Assembly (NCBI GenBank): GCA_044433165.1
Contig: JAWXTX010000001.1
Location: forward strand, 8,685-72,684
DNA: 64,000 bases
Origin: Ferrimonas sp.
Lineage (GTDB): Bacteria > Pseudomonadota > Gammaproteobacteria > Enterobacterales > Shewanellaceae
Reading direction: 5' to 3'
A model generated the notes under the pieces. That model was not told where the DNA came from, made no database searches, and was given only the letters and a program-made list of their open reading frames with translations. This document shows positions 52,301-62,134 of this stretch, piece after piece. Position 1 is the stretch's first letter. Each line of letters begins with the position of its first letter. Made by a program: the position numbers and the translations under genes.

Positions 52301-53803
52301 GCGTACTTGGCCAGAAAGTACGGCAATGGGGGTGTCATCGCCCATCGAACCAACCGCTTCTGCGCCACCTTGTGCTAATGGCCAGATGATCTCACGCAGC
52401 TCTTCACGGCTGAGGTTAAACAGCTTTTGGTATTGCGACAGCGTGCCTTCATCCATGCTGGCTTGGCCGGTGGCGTACAGTTCAACCTGTTCAGCATCGA
52501 TTAAGGTGCGGGCATTGACCTTCATCCATTCACCATAAGGATGGCGATTTTTTAAATCCTGATCAATCTCAAAAGAGGTGAGTAATTTGCCGGTATAGGT
52601 ATCTAAAACCAGCAGCTCTCCGGGGCCAACACGGCCTTTTTGAACTACCTCATCTGGGGCGTAATCCCAGATCCCAATTTCAGAGGACAGGGTTAGCAAG
52701 CGATCTTTGGTGATGGTAAAGCGGGCAGGGCGCAGGCCATTACGGTCCACCGCACAGGCGGCGTGGCGGCCATTGGTTAAGACCACGCCAGCAGGGCCAT
52801 CCCATGGCTCCATATGCATGGAGTTAAAGTCATAAAAGGCTTTGAGATCGTTATCCATTTCTGGATTTGATTGCCACGCTGGTGGGATCAGCAAACGCAT
52901 GGCGCGCTTGATGTCCATGCCGCCGGCTAGCAGTAATTCCAGCATGTTATCGAGGCTGGATGAATCCGAGCCGCTTTGGTTCACAAAAGGCGCGGCATCT
53001 TGTAAATCGGGGATCAACGGCGTTGCAAATTTATATTGGCGCGCTTCTGCCCACTGGCGATTACCAGCAATGGTGTTAATTTCGCCATTGTGAGCTAAGT
53101 AGCGGAACGGCTGCGCCAGTTGCCAACGAGGCTGAGTATTAGTTGAAAAGCGTTGATGAAATAAACAGATGGCGCTTTTCATGCGCAGATCGGCCAAATC
53201 AGGATAGAAGGCTGGCAGATCTTTTGGCAGGGTGAGTCCTTTGTAAACCACGCTGGTACCCGACAGACTCGAGACGTAGAAGTCAGGATCGTCGCTGAGC
53301 GCTTGTTCAATTCGGCGGCGTGCCATGTATAACCGGCGTTCGAGATCTTTGCTGCGCCACCCCACAGGGGCGTTGATGAACGCTTGCCACATGGCGGGTA
53401 CGTCTTGGGCGGCAATTTCCCCCAATGCCTCCGCATTGGTGGGCACTTCTCGCCAGCCAAGCAGGGTTAAGGTTTCCCGCTCCAATTCGTTTTTAATGAT
53501 GTTCTTGGCGTGCGCTTGGCGTACCGGATCATGGCTCAGCATGAGCATGCCAATGGCGTATTTACTGGATAAGCGCCATTGTTGCTCTTGGGCAATGTGT
53601 TCAAAGAACTCATGAGGTTTGGCCATCAATAAGCCGCAACCATCGCCGGTTTTGCCATCGGCGCCGACGGCACCGCGGTGTTGGAGGCGATCTAATGCAG
53701 CAATGGCAGTGCGAACCACACGATGGCTGCCTTCGCCCTCCATATGGGCAATCAAACCGAAGCCACAATTTTCGCGTTCGAACTGTGGTTGTAAAAGGCT
53801 CAT
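49349..53803 (-). CDS. gltB: Glutamate synthase (NADPH) large subunit
   Basis: Start was trimmed to ATG 53803 (RBS ggagga). MSLLQPQFERENCGFGLIAH contains the Ntn amidotransferase Cys. The product is 1484 aa with FMN and 3Fe-4S regions. Confidence 0.97.
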   Translation of the reverse strand: MSLLQPQFERENCGFGLIAHMEGEGSHRVVRTAIAALDRLQHRGAVGADGKTGDGCGLLMAKPHEFFEHIAQEQQWRLSSKYAIGMLMLSHDPVRQAHAKNIIKNELERETLTLLGWREVPTNAEALGEIAAQDVPAMWQAFINAPVGWRSKDLERRLYMARRRIEQALSDDPDFYVSSLSGTSVVYKGLTLPKDLPAFYPDLADLRMKSAICLFHQRFSTNTQPRWQLAQPFRYLAHNGEINTIAGNRQWAEARQYKFATPLIPDLQDAAPFVNQSGSDSSSLDNMLELLLAGGMDIKRAMRLLIPPAWQSNPEMDNDLKAFYDFNSMHMEPWDGPAGVVLTNGRHAACAVDRNGLRPARFTITKDRLLTLSSEIGIWDYAPDEVVQKGRVGPGELLVLDTYTGKLLTSFEIDQDLKNRHPYGEWMKVNARTLIDAEQVELYATGQASMDEGTLSQYQKLFNLSREELREIIWPLAQGGAEAVGSMGDDTPIAVLSGQVRSLYDYFRQQFAQVTNPPIDPLRERHVMSLSTCIGKEQNPFNETYGLANRVLLQSPVLLYSDFQQLRSLDNEHFRSELISLSYDPQEGLKTAIERICLQAQQAASGGATMVILSDRHISAEQLLIPAAMAVGAVQRNLVVNQLRCDANIIVETGSARDPHHFAVLLGFGATAIYPYLAYESLAALAQQQQQGHQLRELQLKYRTGLDKGLLKILSKMGISTVASYRCAHLFEAIGLADEVVALCFHGVTNRIKGANFEDIEADQAQLHQHAFQRHQPLRHGGLLKFVHGGEYHCFNPDVVQQLQQAVNHQDAAAWARYRTLVDERPVATLRDLLNVDTRAAEPLDETQVEGVEKLFWRFDTAAMSVGALGPEAHEALAIAMNRLGGHSNSGEGGEDPRRLNGPGNSRIKQVASGRFGVTAAYLMSADVIQIKVAQGAKPGEGGQLPGDKVSAEIASLRYSRPGVTLISPPPHHDIYSIEDLAQLIFDLKQINPKARISVKLVSEPGIGTIACGVAKANADMITVSGYDGGTGASPLTSIHYAGSPWELGLAEVHQALVANNLRHKVMLQVDGGLKTGLDVIKGALLGAESFGFGTAPMVALGCKYLRICHLNNCATGVATQDNRLRERHYHGTPEKVMQFFQFIAADVRQWLVALGVTEFNHIIGRSDWLRQLPGQTGRQQRLDLAPIMHRAIASKRTSVFNTIRNHPDDQGLANQQMLALALEAVQNGSGGAFCMTLNNTDRSIGATLSGHIAQRWGNQGMAATPIEFYFQGTAGQSFGVFNVGGLKLTLSGDANDYVGKGMTGGELVVRTPEGVAYDSHESVIIGNTCLYGATGGRLFASGQAGERFAVRNSGAVAVIEGCGDNGCEYMTGGVVVILGKTGVNFGAGMTGGFAYVFDQHNDFERRLNGELVELMSVTEPMVQHHLKQLLQAHLENTGSARAADILADLTHWLPRFKLVKPKTSQIQELLSLSTQQTITVQAS

Positions 53804-54240
53804 AGAGGATCCTCCGCCTGCTGTGTTTGCTTCTTTTATCCCTGTCACATCGACGCATATCACTATGCAATAGGACGGCTTAAATTACTGGCCGAGTAAA
53901 ACGTGGTCAACTGAGGCAAGGCGTTATGATAACTGGGGATTATCAGATATATCGGTAGGCTCGTACGCAATGTAGGGGGGTCTTTGCGTCACTAAAATGG
54001 CGTGAATACGCGCCCTTGCTGATGGCTTTATTGTATGTGACGGGAGCAAACAAATCGTGAACAAGCTCGCAACCTTGAACAAAAAAAGGGCATGCCTTGC
54101 CCCAAAATAGTGCCTTTTTTATCGCTTAATAATTGCTGTTTATTCTTTTTAGGGTGCGACCTTGCGTGATCTGGATCGCCTTACCGCTGGGCGAGTTCTG
54201 GTAGAGTTGCGCGCTTTTCGGCCGTTACAGAGTGTGGTTC

Positions 54241-55173
54241 ATGGGCTTAGATAAATACGTATATACCCTCGGCCGTTATATGACGCAGCGCTACGGCAGC
54301 AAGATCCATAAGCTGACCATTGATGCGGCGTTTACCTGCCCGAACCGCGATGGCAGTTTGGGCCGTGGCGGCTGTACGTTTTGCAATGTGTCCTCGTTCA
54401 GTGCCGAGCATGGCAGTAATGCTTCCGTGGCAGAGCAGTTGCAGGCAGGAAAAGCGCGGCGTGGTGGTCAACATAAGCGCTATATGGCTTATTTTCAGGC
54501 CTACACCTCTACCTATGATGAATATCAGGTACTCAAAGCCAAATACCAGCAAGCGCTGGATGTCTCTGACATAGTGGGCTTATGCGTGGGAACGCGGCCA
54601 GATTGCGTTTCGGATGAGGTGCTGGAATTGCTGGTGAGCTACCAGCAGCAAGGGCTGGAGGTGTGGCTCGAACTGGGGTTGCAAACCGCTCACGATGACA
54701 CCTTAAAGCGGATTAATCGTGGCCACGATTTTGCCGCTTATGTTGATACAGTTCAACGTGCGCGCCAAGTGGGCATTAAAGTGTGCACGCATTTGATTTT
54801 AGGGTTACCGGGGGAAACCCCTGAACACGCTCATCAAACCTTGGATCGCGTTTTAGCGGTGGGGGTTGATGGCTTAAAGCTGCATCCATTACACGTGGTG
54901 GAAAACAGCACCATGGCCAAACAGTGGCAAGCAGAGCGATTGCCATTGTGGCCGCTGGCGCGCTATGTGGAGACCGTTGGCGCGCTGATCCGCCACACGC
55001 CTCCGACGGTGGTGTTTCATCGGGTTAGCGCCTATGCGCGGCCACCTGAGTTATTAGCACCGGATTGGTGTGCCGATAAATGGCTGGCGATGAATGCGAT
55101 TGTGGCGGACTTGGCCGAGCATGGTGGCCAAGGCACGGCGCTGACTGAACGGGCGCCATCGGTAAATTGTTAA
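54241..55173 (+). CDS. yhcC: Radical SAM protein, TIGR01212/YhcC family
   Basis: FTCPNRDGSLGRGGCTFCN contains the radical-SAM Cys cluster, and YFQAYTSTY is present. It lies adjacent to gltB as in E. coli. Confidence 0.85.
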   Translation: MGLDKYVYTLGRYMTQRYGSKIHKLTIDAAFTCPNRDGSLGRGGCTFCNVSSFSAEHGSNASVAEQLQAGKARRGGQHKRYMAYFQAYTSTYDEYQVLKAKYQQALDVSDIVGLCVGTRPDCVSDEVLELLVSYQQQGLEVWLELGLQTAHDDTLKRINRGHDFAAYVDTVQRARQVGIKVCTHLILGLPGETPEHAHQTLDRVLAVGVDGLKLHPLHVVENSTMAKQWQAERLPLWPLARYVETVGALIRHTPPTVVFHRVSAYARPPELLAPDWCADKWLAMNAIVADLAEHGGQGTALTERAPSVNC

Positions 55174-55198
55174 GTGAAAAAGTGCGCTATTGAGTTAT

Positions 55199-55226
55199 AA
55201 AAAACGGGAGCTTAAGCTCCCGTTTT
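55199..55226. terminator. Bidirectional intrinsic terminator between yhcC-like and cpdB-like genes
   Basis: aaaaacgggagc-ttaa-gctcccgtttt forms a hairpin. Confidence 0.75.
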
Positions 55227-55265
55227 GGTTGTTAGTACTTTGAGTTGAGCGCTGACAATGGCGCG

Positions 55266-57359
55266 TTACGGTGCGCGAAAATCGATTTGGTACTGGGCAA
55301 ACCCTTGGCCATCGTCGCCGATACGCGTCATCGGCCAGCGTTGGTTGGTGGCAATAAACTCGGCCGCTAAGGCGCTGTCTTGCGTATCAACAATCACCAC
55401 CGCTGGGGAGCCTTTGGGTAGGGCTTTTAATTGCCAGTTGCCATCGGCCTGCGCATTAACGGTTTTACCATCAGCGCTTTGGGTACGGATGTAAGCCACC
55501 AGTGCTTCGCGATTGGTTTCAGGAAATTCTTGTACTACGTGCGCGGCTCCCGTACCAGCAAAGGTGCCACCAAACGCGCGGTAGTTATTGGTCACAATAA
55601 TAAACTGCTGCTGGGCAAAGGCATCGCCTTGGAGGGTTTGTCCGGCGGCGTTATAGCTTAAATCCACAATACGGCCAATGGGGTTTGCCACCGTTTGGCA
55701 ATTGTTATCGGTGTATTTGGGGGCTTGGGTGACATCAATTTGGTAATTTACCCCCTCTAATACATCAAAGTTAAAGGTTGGGAAGGTCCAATTGATCAGC
55801 TCTTGCGGCTCGCTGCTTTGTGGATCAATGGTGTTGTATTGCAGCGCAGCGCATTCCAGCCAGTCGCGCACTTGAGCGCCAGAGGCTTTGACGGCCACAA
55901 CGGTGTTGGGGTACAGGTAGAGATCGTTGGCGTTTTTATAGCTCAGTTCACCCGCAGGTACTTGCACATAAGCCTCACTGTCGCCCGCACTGGCACGACG
56001 GCCACCGGCTTTAAATGGCGCAGCCGCCGACAGAATCGGCAGTTGTTGGTAAGCGGGGTCAAGCTGAGTTTTCAGGTAGTCACGCTGCGCATCAGCCACA
56101 ATTTGCACACTGGCGTCATCTTGCACTAGGGCTAAGAAGCTGTACATATCGACGTTGGCACGGCCAATGGGGGCATTGAGGTATTCTCGCGTGGCGTTAT
56201 GCTCCGCTGCCACGGTTTGATGAATGCGCGTGATCTGCGCTTGATTGGCCATGACATCTGCGGTTGGTTGATTTTGCTGTTGCACACGTTCAAAAATCGG
56301 CCGCACCTTACTGACGCCATCAATCACTTTCCAGTGGCCATTACGCTGCTCTAAGGTCAGATCAATTTGGCCCAAATTATCGCCCCAACGCCCAGGCATT
56401 ACCGCTGGAATGCCATTAATTAACCCTTTTTCTAAGTCTAATTTGTGGCTTTGGGCTTGCTCGGTAAAGTGGGCGCTTGGGAACACCGAGTGAGAGTGGC
56501 CAAATAAGATGGCATCAATGCCCGCCACTGTTGTGAGCCCAAAGGTGGCATTTTCCGCCTCAATATCGCGAGGGTTAATGGCCGAGCCAATGCCAGAGTG
56601 CGGAATGGCAATGATGATGTCTGCGCCTTCGGCCTTCATCAACGGCACTAAGTTTTGAGCCGACTCAACAATGCCTTCAACGCTGACGCGGCCGGCAATG
56701 TTGGCGCGATCCCACACCATAATTTGTGGTGGTACAAATCCGATATAGCCGATGTTAATGGTATGGGTGTTTCCTTCGCTGTCGATCACCGAGTGGGGAA
56801 TAATTTGGTAAGGCGCCACCAAATAATCGCCGGCTTGTTTATCACCAAAGCAGTTATCAATGGCGCAGCGAACATTGGCACTGATGTAGGGGAAATCCGC
56901 GCCTTGCACCGCTTGATAAAGGAATTTTAAACCGTAGTTAAACTCATGATTGCCCAAATTACCCACAACATAATCAAGGGTGTTCATCGCCTTATGAACC
57001 GGGTGTACTTCAAAATCGGCGTTGTTGTATTTGGCCGCGAAGTAATCGCCCATGGCGGAGCCTTGAATGAGATCGCCGTTGTCTACCAGCACCGAATTTT
57101 GCACTTCGCTGCGGGCGGTGGCGATCACCGCGGCAACACGCGCTAATCCCACTGTAATATCGGGTTGGTCGAGGTAGTAGTTGTAATCCATTACATTGGC
57201 GTGCAGATCAGCGGTTTCTAAAATGCGCAGCGTGGTGGTAATGGGCGCATCCGCATCAAGGCCGGCATCGCCGGTTGCCGTAGGCGAGGTGGGATTACAA
57301 CCACTGATAAGCGCAGCGGTTAATAGCGATAGGCAAGAGCGTAACATCATGGTTATCAT
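55266..57359 (-). CDS. cpdB: Bifunctional 2',3'-cyclic-nucleotide 2'-phosphodiesterase/3'-nucleotidase-like metallophosphatase (CpdB-like), predicted lipoprotein
   Basis: 697 aa with lipobox LTAALISGC|NP. The metallophosphatase motifs are TADLHANVMDYNYY, DNGDLIQG, GNHEFN and GHSH, followed by a C-terminal 5'-nucleotidase substrate domain. Confidence 0.8.
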   Translation of the reverse strand: MITMMLRSCLSLLTAALISGCNPTSPTATGDAGLDADAPITTTLRILETADLHANVMDYNYYLDQPDITVGLARVAAVIATARSEVQNSVLVDNGDLIQGSAMGDYFAAKYNNADFEVHPVHKAMNTLDYVVGNLGNHEFNYGLKFLYQAVQGADFPYISANVRCAIDNCFGDKQAGDYLVAPYQIIPHSVIDSEGNTHTINIGYIGFVPPQIMVWDRANIAGRVSVEGIVESAQNLVPLMKAEGADIIIAIPHSGIGSAINPRDIEAENATFGLTTVAGIDAILFGHSHSVFPSAHFTEQAQSHKLDLEKGLINGIPAVMPGRWGDNLGQIDLTLEQRNGHWKVIDGVSKVRPIFERVQQQNQPTADVMANQAQITRIHQTVAAEHNATREYLNAPIGRANVDMYSFLALVQDDASVQIVADAQRDYLKTQLDPAYQQLPILSAAAPFKAGGRRASAGDSEAYVQVPAGELSYKNANDLYLYPNTVVAVKASGAQVRDWLECAALQYNTIDPQSSEPQELINWTFPTFNFDVLEGVNYQIDVTQAPKYTDNNCQTVANPIGRIVDLSYNAAGQTLQGDAFAQQQFIIVTNNYRAFGGTFAGTGAAHVVQEFPETNREALVAYIRTQSADGKTVNAQADGNWQLKALPKGSPAVVIVDTQDSALAAEFIATNQRWPMTRIGDDGQGFAQYQIDFRAP

Positions 57360-57474
57360 CGTTTATTTGTGAGAATTCCAACCAAGAATAGCAAACTTGT
57401 CGGTTGTGATTGCACAAGACACGTAGCTTATGTGATTCATTTGGGGAAAGTAACGGTCGTCATGGGATTGTCAT

Positions 57475-57500
57475 AAAAAAGCCATCGAAGTGTCGATGGC
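57475..57500 (-). terminator. Rho-independent terminator after lptG
   Basis: gccatcga-agtg-tcgatggc has a U6 run on the minus strand. Confidence 0.7.
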
Positions 57501-57526
57501 TTTGTGTTTATCGTGGCGGGTATGGC

Positions 57527-58594
57527 TTAGCGCCGACGTAAAAGCAGGATGGCGGCGAACGCAAATAAGCCGCTGGGTAACAGCGCCCCTAAAAAGGTGG
57601 GCAGTCCCATCACTAAGCTCATGGGGCCAAAAATCTCATTGGAGAGGTGAAAGCTAAAACCGGCAATCACCCCCATCAGTAACCGAGCGCCCATGGTGAC
57701 ACTGCGCAGTGGCCCAAAAATAAACGATAACCCCAGAATCATCATAACGGCGACCGTGATAGGCTGCGCCAATTTGCGCCATAGCGCCAATTGATAACGG
57801 GTCGCGTCTTGCTGGTTGGCGTCAAGATATTCGAGGTAGTCGAGTAATCCTGCGATTGATAACGACTCTGGTTTCACCGTCACTACATTGAGTTTGTTAG
57901 GGGTGAGGGTTGAGTACCAGAGCGCCTCTGATTGTTGTTGACGGCTGATTTGAGCTTCGGTGTAAGTGGTGTACGTCACCTGTTGCAATTGCCAAGCGTC
58001 TTGTTGGTATTGGGCTCGCTCTGCGTGAGTAACGTGACGTAAAACATGGCTGTCATCAAATTGATAGAGGGTGATCCCCACTAAACTGTCGGCATTAATG
58101 ACCTCTTTGATGTTGACAAAATAGTCACCATCTTTGGCCCACGTGCCGCTTTGGCTAGCGGAAATTAAACTGCCGCCAGAGCGTTTTTTGGCAGCAAATT
58201 CTCGCGCGGTTTGCTCTGCTACGGGCGCAACATACTCGCCAATAAGCATGATACATAGCATTAATGGCAAAGCCGTTTTAAGAACCGACATGGCAATGTT
58301 CAAACGCGACAGCCCAGCGGCTTGCATCACCACGAGCTCCGAGCTTTGTGCTAACCCGCCCATGGCGATCAACGCTCCGAGCATGGCGGCGATAGGAAAG
58401 AACATTTCAATGTCTCTTGGCACCATAAACAGTACGTAGATCACCACATCCCAAGTGGTAAAGTCCCCGCGACCAGCCCAGCGCAATTTATCGACAAATT
58501 GGATTAAGCCCGACAGCCCTGTCAGGACGAACAGGGTTAATGTGGTGCTGGTAATGATATTACGGGCGATGTACAGATCCAGCAGCTTAATCAC
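57527..58594 (-). CDS. lptG: LPS export ABC transporter permease LptG
   Basis: 355 aa beginning MIKLLDLYIARNII. It overlaps the lptF end by 8 nt. Confidence 0.95.
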   Translation of the reverse strand: MIKLLDLYIARNIITSTTLTLFVLTGLSGLIQFVDKLRWAGRGDFTTWDVVIYVLFMVPRDIEMFFPIAAMLGALIAMGGLAQSSELVVMQAAGLSRLNIAMSVLKTALPLMLCIMLIGEYVAPVAEQTAREFAAKKRSGGSLISASQSGTWAKDGDYFVNIKEVINADSLVGITLYQFDDSHVLRHVTHAERAQYQQDAWQLQQVTYTTYTEAQISRQQQSEALWYSTLTPNKLNVVTVKPESLSIAGLLDYLEYLDANQQDATRYQLALWRKLAQPITVAVMMILGLSFIFGPLRSVTMGARLLMGVIAGFSFHLSNEIFGPMSLVMGLPTFLGALLPSGLFAFAAILLLRRR

Positions 58595-59726
58595 GCGTTA
58601 GCCCCTTTGCGTTTTTCCAAAAACTCAATGTTTCAATGATTCTTCGGCCACTTGGGCGGCCTTTGGCAATTAAGCCCATGCCAATAATAAAGACGGTTAG
58701 ATGAATCCACCACAGCCCCAATTGCATGGGAATACTGCCATTTTCTAAGGCCTTGCGGCCAGCCATCAACAACCCGAAATAGCCTAAATAAATTAACAGC
58801 GCAGGCAGCATCTTGGCGTATTTGCCCTGTCGCACATTCACCCGAGACATGGGCACGGCGATCAGAACCAGCAGTGGCAGCGTTAAAGGAATGGCGATGC
58901 GCCAATTTAATTCGGCTAACGCTTCGTTGCTGCCATCATCCAGCAGCTGTGGAATGGTATAGGCGCTCATTTTACGGCTGCCACTGCTGGCCTGCTGCTC
59001 TTGGATCTCCATCTCATACTCAGCAAAGAGCACTTGGCTGTATTCCAGCTCATTAATCACGCCGGAGATCCGCATTCCTTCACGTAAATGCAAGCGGCGA
59101 GAGCCATCATTGGCCTCCGAAATAGCGCCTGCTTCGGCCATTACAATGGCCGTATTGGGGTTGTAGCCCTCGTCCTCTTTACTGAAATGGCTTGGTAGCT
59201 GAGCTAAAAAGACTTTTGACAGTTGCCCTTGCTGAATATTTTCCACGTAGACCACGGCTTGGCCATTGGCTGTGCGTTGAAATTGCCCCGGAGAAATGGC
59301 GCTGAGCCCCGCTTCTGCTTTGGCTTGCTCCAGCACTTGTTGTTGGCGTTCTTGTGCCCAAGGGGCAAGCAGCAATGATGAGCCTGCCGCAAGCAGCGCC
59401 ATAATGAAGGCCAGCATGAGAGTAACGCGGGTGACGTACCATTCGGAGACGCCCACCGCATGCAAAACCGTCATCTCACTTTCTGCGTACATGCGTCCAT
59501 GGGCGGTCATCACCCCTAAAAACAGCGAGAGCGGCAGGATTAGGCTCAGCAATTCTGGCAAGTTTAATAACAACAAGGTGGCCACTAAGCGCCCGGCGAA
59601 TTGACCGTTAGTGGCGTCGGCGAGGATCTGCACGAATTGCTGCGAGACAAAAATAGTGAGCAAAACCGCCAATACGGCCATTTGCGATTTGAGCGCTTCT
59701 TTGAGCAGATACTTAAGTAAAATCAA
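58587..59726 (-). CDS. lptF: LPS export ABC transporter permease LptF (TTG start)
   Basis: (M)ILLKYLLKEALKSQMAVL is colinear with E. coli MIIIRYLVRETLKSQLAIL. The only in-frame start at that position is TTG. It is divergent from pepA. Confidence 0.95.
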   Translation of the reverse strand: MILLKYLLKEALKSQMAVLAVLLTIFVSQQFVQILADATNGQFAGRLVATLLLLNLPELLSLILPLSLFLGVMTAHGRMYAESEMTVLHAVGVSEWYVTRVTLMLAFIMALLAAGSSLLLAPWAQERQQQVLEQAKAEAGLSAISPGQFQRTANGQAVVYVENIQQGQLSKVFLAQLPSHFSKEDEGYNPNTAIVMAEAGAISEANDGSRRLHLREGMRISGVINELEYSQVLFAEYEMEIQEQQASSGSRKMSAYTIPQLLDDGSNEALAELNWRIAIPLTLPLLVLIAVPMSRVNVRQGKYAKMLPALLIYLGYFGLLMAGRKALENGSIPMQLGLWWIHLTVFIIGMGLIAKGRPSGRRIIETLSFWKNAKGLTRD

Positions 59727-59955
59727 CGCGGAATGCTCGCTTGGTAATATAGTAATATCTCTGGAAACCGATGGTCATTACAGTAGACTGTCTGATCATA
59801 TCGCGTAGACGCGGTTTTTCTTGGGTGTGGTAAGGCTTAAGCTGTCACCGCTTTATCGTTATCCGAGCGCATTGATGGCTCGGCACCCTTCTAACCAGCA
59901 AAAGACGCATTATCTAATACTATAAGCGTTTTGTCTTTAATAACCGGGAGATGCC

Positions 59956-61467
59956 ATGGAGTTCAGTGTTAAAAACGGCAGTCCAGAAAAACAACGCAGT
60001 GCCTGTATTGTGGTGGGGGTATTTGAACCTCGCCGTTTATCAGCCGTTGGCGAGCAACTGGATAAAATCAGCGACGGCTACATCAGTAATTTATTACGCC
60101 GTGGCGATTTAGAGGGAAAGCCGGGGCAAATGTTGATGTTGCATCAAGTGCCAAACATCCTCTCGGAGCGAGTATTACTGGTGGGTTGCGGTAAAGAGCG
60201 CGAACTGGATGAGCGTCAATATAAGCAAATCATCAGCAAAACCATTAATACCCTAAACGAGACCGGTTCGATGGAAGCGGTGTGTTTCTTAACCGAGTTA
60301 CACGTCAAAGGACGAGACAGCTACTGGAACGTTCGCCAAGCGGTGGAAACCACCGAAGCCTGTTTGTATACCTTCGATGCCATGAAATCGAAAAAGGATG
60401 AAACACGGCGGCCATTACGTAAAATTGTGTTCAATGTCTCCAACCGCCGCGAATTAGCCACAGGTGAAAAAGCGATTGCCCACGGTTTGGCCGTCTCTCA
60501 CGGCAGTAAATTGTGTCGAGATGTGGCCAATATGCCCCCCAACATCTGTAATCCGGCTTATTTGGCCAGCCAAGCACGGCAAATGGCGGAAAAGTTCGAC
60601 AAACTCAAGGTGCGTACTCTTGGTGAAGAGCAGATGGCTGAATTGGGCATGCATGCCTATCTCGCTGTTGGTCGTGGCTCTGAAAATGAGTCCATCATGA
60701 CGGTGATGACTTACACCGGTGCGGCGGATCCGGAGGCGCGACCAATAGTACTGGTTGGCAAAGGGCTGACCTTTGACTCCGGCGGCATCAGCCTAAAGCC
60801 TGGCGAAGCCATGGATGAGATGAAGTACGACATGGGCGGTGCGGCTGGCGTATTAGGTACCATGCAAGCGCTTTGCGAGTTGGACTTAGGCATTAACGTT
60901 GTGGCCGTACTCGCGGGCTGTGAAAACATGCCAGATGGTAAAGCCTATCGCCCCGGCGACATTTTAACCACCATGTCAGGGCAAACCGTCGAGGTGTTAA
61001 ATACCGATGCCGAAGGGCGTTTGGTGCTGTGCGATGCCTTAACTTACGTTGAGCAGTTTGATCCCGAAATCGTCATTGATACTGCCACACTGACCGGTGC
61101 CTGCATTATCGCGCTGGGCAAACACGCCTCTGGGCTGCTCTCTAACCACAACGGCTTAGCGCACGACTTAACCGCAGCGGGCGAAGCCTCGGGAGATCGC
61201 TGCTGGCGCTTACCGTTATGGGAGGATTATGCCGACCAATTGGAATCGCCTTTTGCCGACATGACCAACCTTGGTGGCCGAGCGGCTGGCACCATTACCG
61301 CAGGGCTGTTCTTATCCAAATTTGCCAAAAAGTACCATTGGGCTCATTTGGATGTGGCCGGCAGTGCTTGGAACAGTGGCGTGAATAAAGGATCCACCGG
61401 GCGGCCAGTGCCAATACTTACCCAATACTTATTGGGGCGTGCAGGCGAAGGCAATAGCGAAGCCTAA
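59956..61467 (+). CDS. pepA: Leucyl aminopeptidase PepA
   Basis: The N-terminus [29 protein letters not shown] is nearly identical to E. coli PepA, and [12 protein letters not shown] is present. Confidence 0.97.
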   Translation: MEFSVKNGSPEKQRSACIVVGVFEPRRLSAVGEQLDKISDGYISNLLRRGDLEGKPGQMLMLHQVPNILSERVLLVGCGKERELDERQYKQIISKTINTLNETGSMEAVCFLTELHVKGRDSYWNVRQAVETTEACLYTFDAMKSKKDETRRPLRKIVFNVSNRRELATGEKAIAHGLAVSHGSKLCRDVANMPPNICNPAYLASQARQMAEKFDKLKVRTLGEEQMAELGMHAYLAVGRGSENESIMTVMTYTGAADPEARPIVLVGKGLTFDSGGISLKPGEAMDEMKYDMGGAAGVLGTMQALCELDLGINVVAVLAGCENMPDGKAYRPGDILTTMSGQTVEVLNTDAEGRLVLCDALTYVEQFDPEIVIDTATLTGACIIALGKHASGLLSNHNGLAHDLTAAGEASGDRCWRLPLWEDYADQLESPFADMTNLGGRAAGTITAGLFLSKFAKKYHWAHLDVAGSAWNSGVNKGSTGRPVPILTQYLLGRAGEGNSEA

Positions 61468-61530
61468 TCGCAGCCTAGGCTGTGGCACCATGGCTTAAGT
61501 TTGGCCATGGTGCCCTTCGCAAATTCCATA

Positions 61531-61558
61531 AAAGGGAGTCATAATGGCTCCCTTTTTT
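61531..61558 (+). terminator. Rho-independent terminator after pepA
   Basis: gggagtc-ataat-ggctccc is followed by TTTTTT. It is preceded by a second perfect 11-bp hairpin (ggcaccatggc/gccatggtgcc, 61484-61514). Confidence 0.75.
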
Positions 61559-61650
61559 GTTGCTATCTGCCTCATATTACCTACAAATCTTGTGGCGTTT
61601 TGGTGGCTATGGCATCGCTTTTGTATCTCACTAGACCGAAGAGAATTACC

Positions 61651-62109
61651 ATGCCTCAAGCGTGTTTTTACCTGCTCACGGCGGCCAGCAATACCATGGC
61701 GGGTAATGCCGAGCTGCTGTGTTGCGAATTGGCGGCCAGAGCCTACCAGCAAGGGCAGGGGATGGTGATCTACTGCCAAGACCGCGCTCAAGCGGAACGC
61801 CTTGATGAGCTGCTTTGGCAGTTTGATGCCGAGCGCTTTATTCCCCATAACTTAGCAGGAGAAGGACCTGCCGGTGGTGCCCCAGTGGTGATCCATTGGC
61901 TACAGCGTGATCCACCTCTGCTAGAAAAACGCCAACAGCTGGTGAATCTGGCCTTCGAACTGCCCAGTTTTGCGGTACAATTCGCCCAAATTTTCGATTT
62001 TGTTGCGGTTGAAGAACACGCTAAAGCGCAAGCGCGACGTCGTTTTTCGACGGCACGTCAAATGGGGCTGGCTCCCAGCACCCATAATTTAGCCTTACAA
62101 CCGCTGTAA
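61651..62109 (+). CDS. holC: DNA polymerase III chi subunit
   Basis: Start was trimmed to ATG 61651 (MPQACFYLL...), giving 152 aa. [18 protein letters not shown] is present with pepA-holC-valS synteny. Confidence 0.85.
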   Translation: MPQACFYLLTAASNTMAGNAELLCCELAARAYQQGQGMVIYCQDRAQAERLDELLWQFDAERFIPHNLAGEGPAGGAPVVIHWLQRDPPLLEKRQQLVNLAFELPSFAVQFAQIFDFVAVEEHAKAQARRRFSTARQMGLAPSTHNLALQPL

Positions 62110-62134
62110 GTTATCTCAGAGAAGTTCAGATCCC

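Noticed and set aside
49349-53873. Numerous 60-100-aa ORFs on both strands inside gltB, including the 20-codon 5' extension of gltB itself.
   Set aside because: They are shadow ORFs within a very well-supported 1484-aa gene. The trimmed start has a GGAGGA RBS and gives the canonical Ntn Cys context.
61484-61514. A perfect 11-bp inverted repeat ggcaccatggc/gccatggtgcc after pepA, considered as a REP- or MITE-like element.
   Set aside because: There is only one copy in the window. It lies immediately before the canonical pepA terminator and is most simply part of a compound 3' stem-loop structure.
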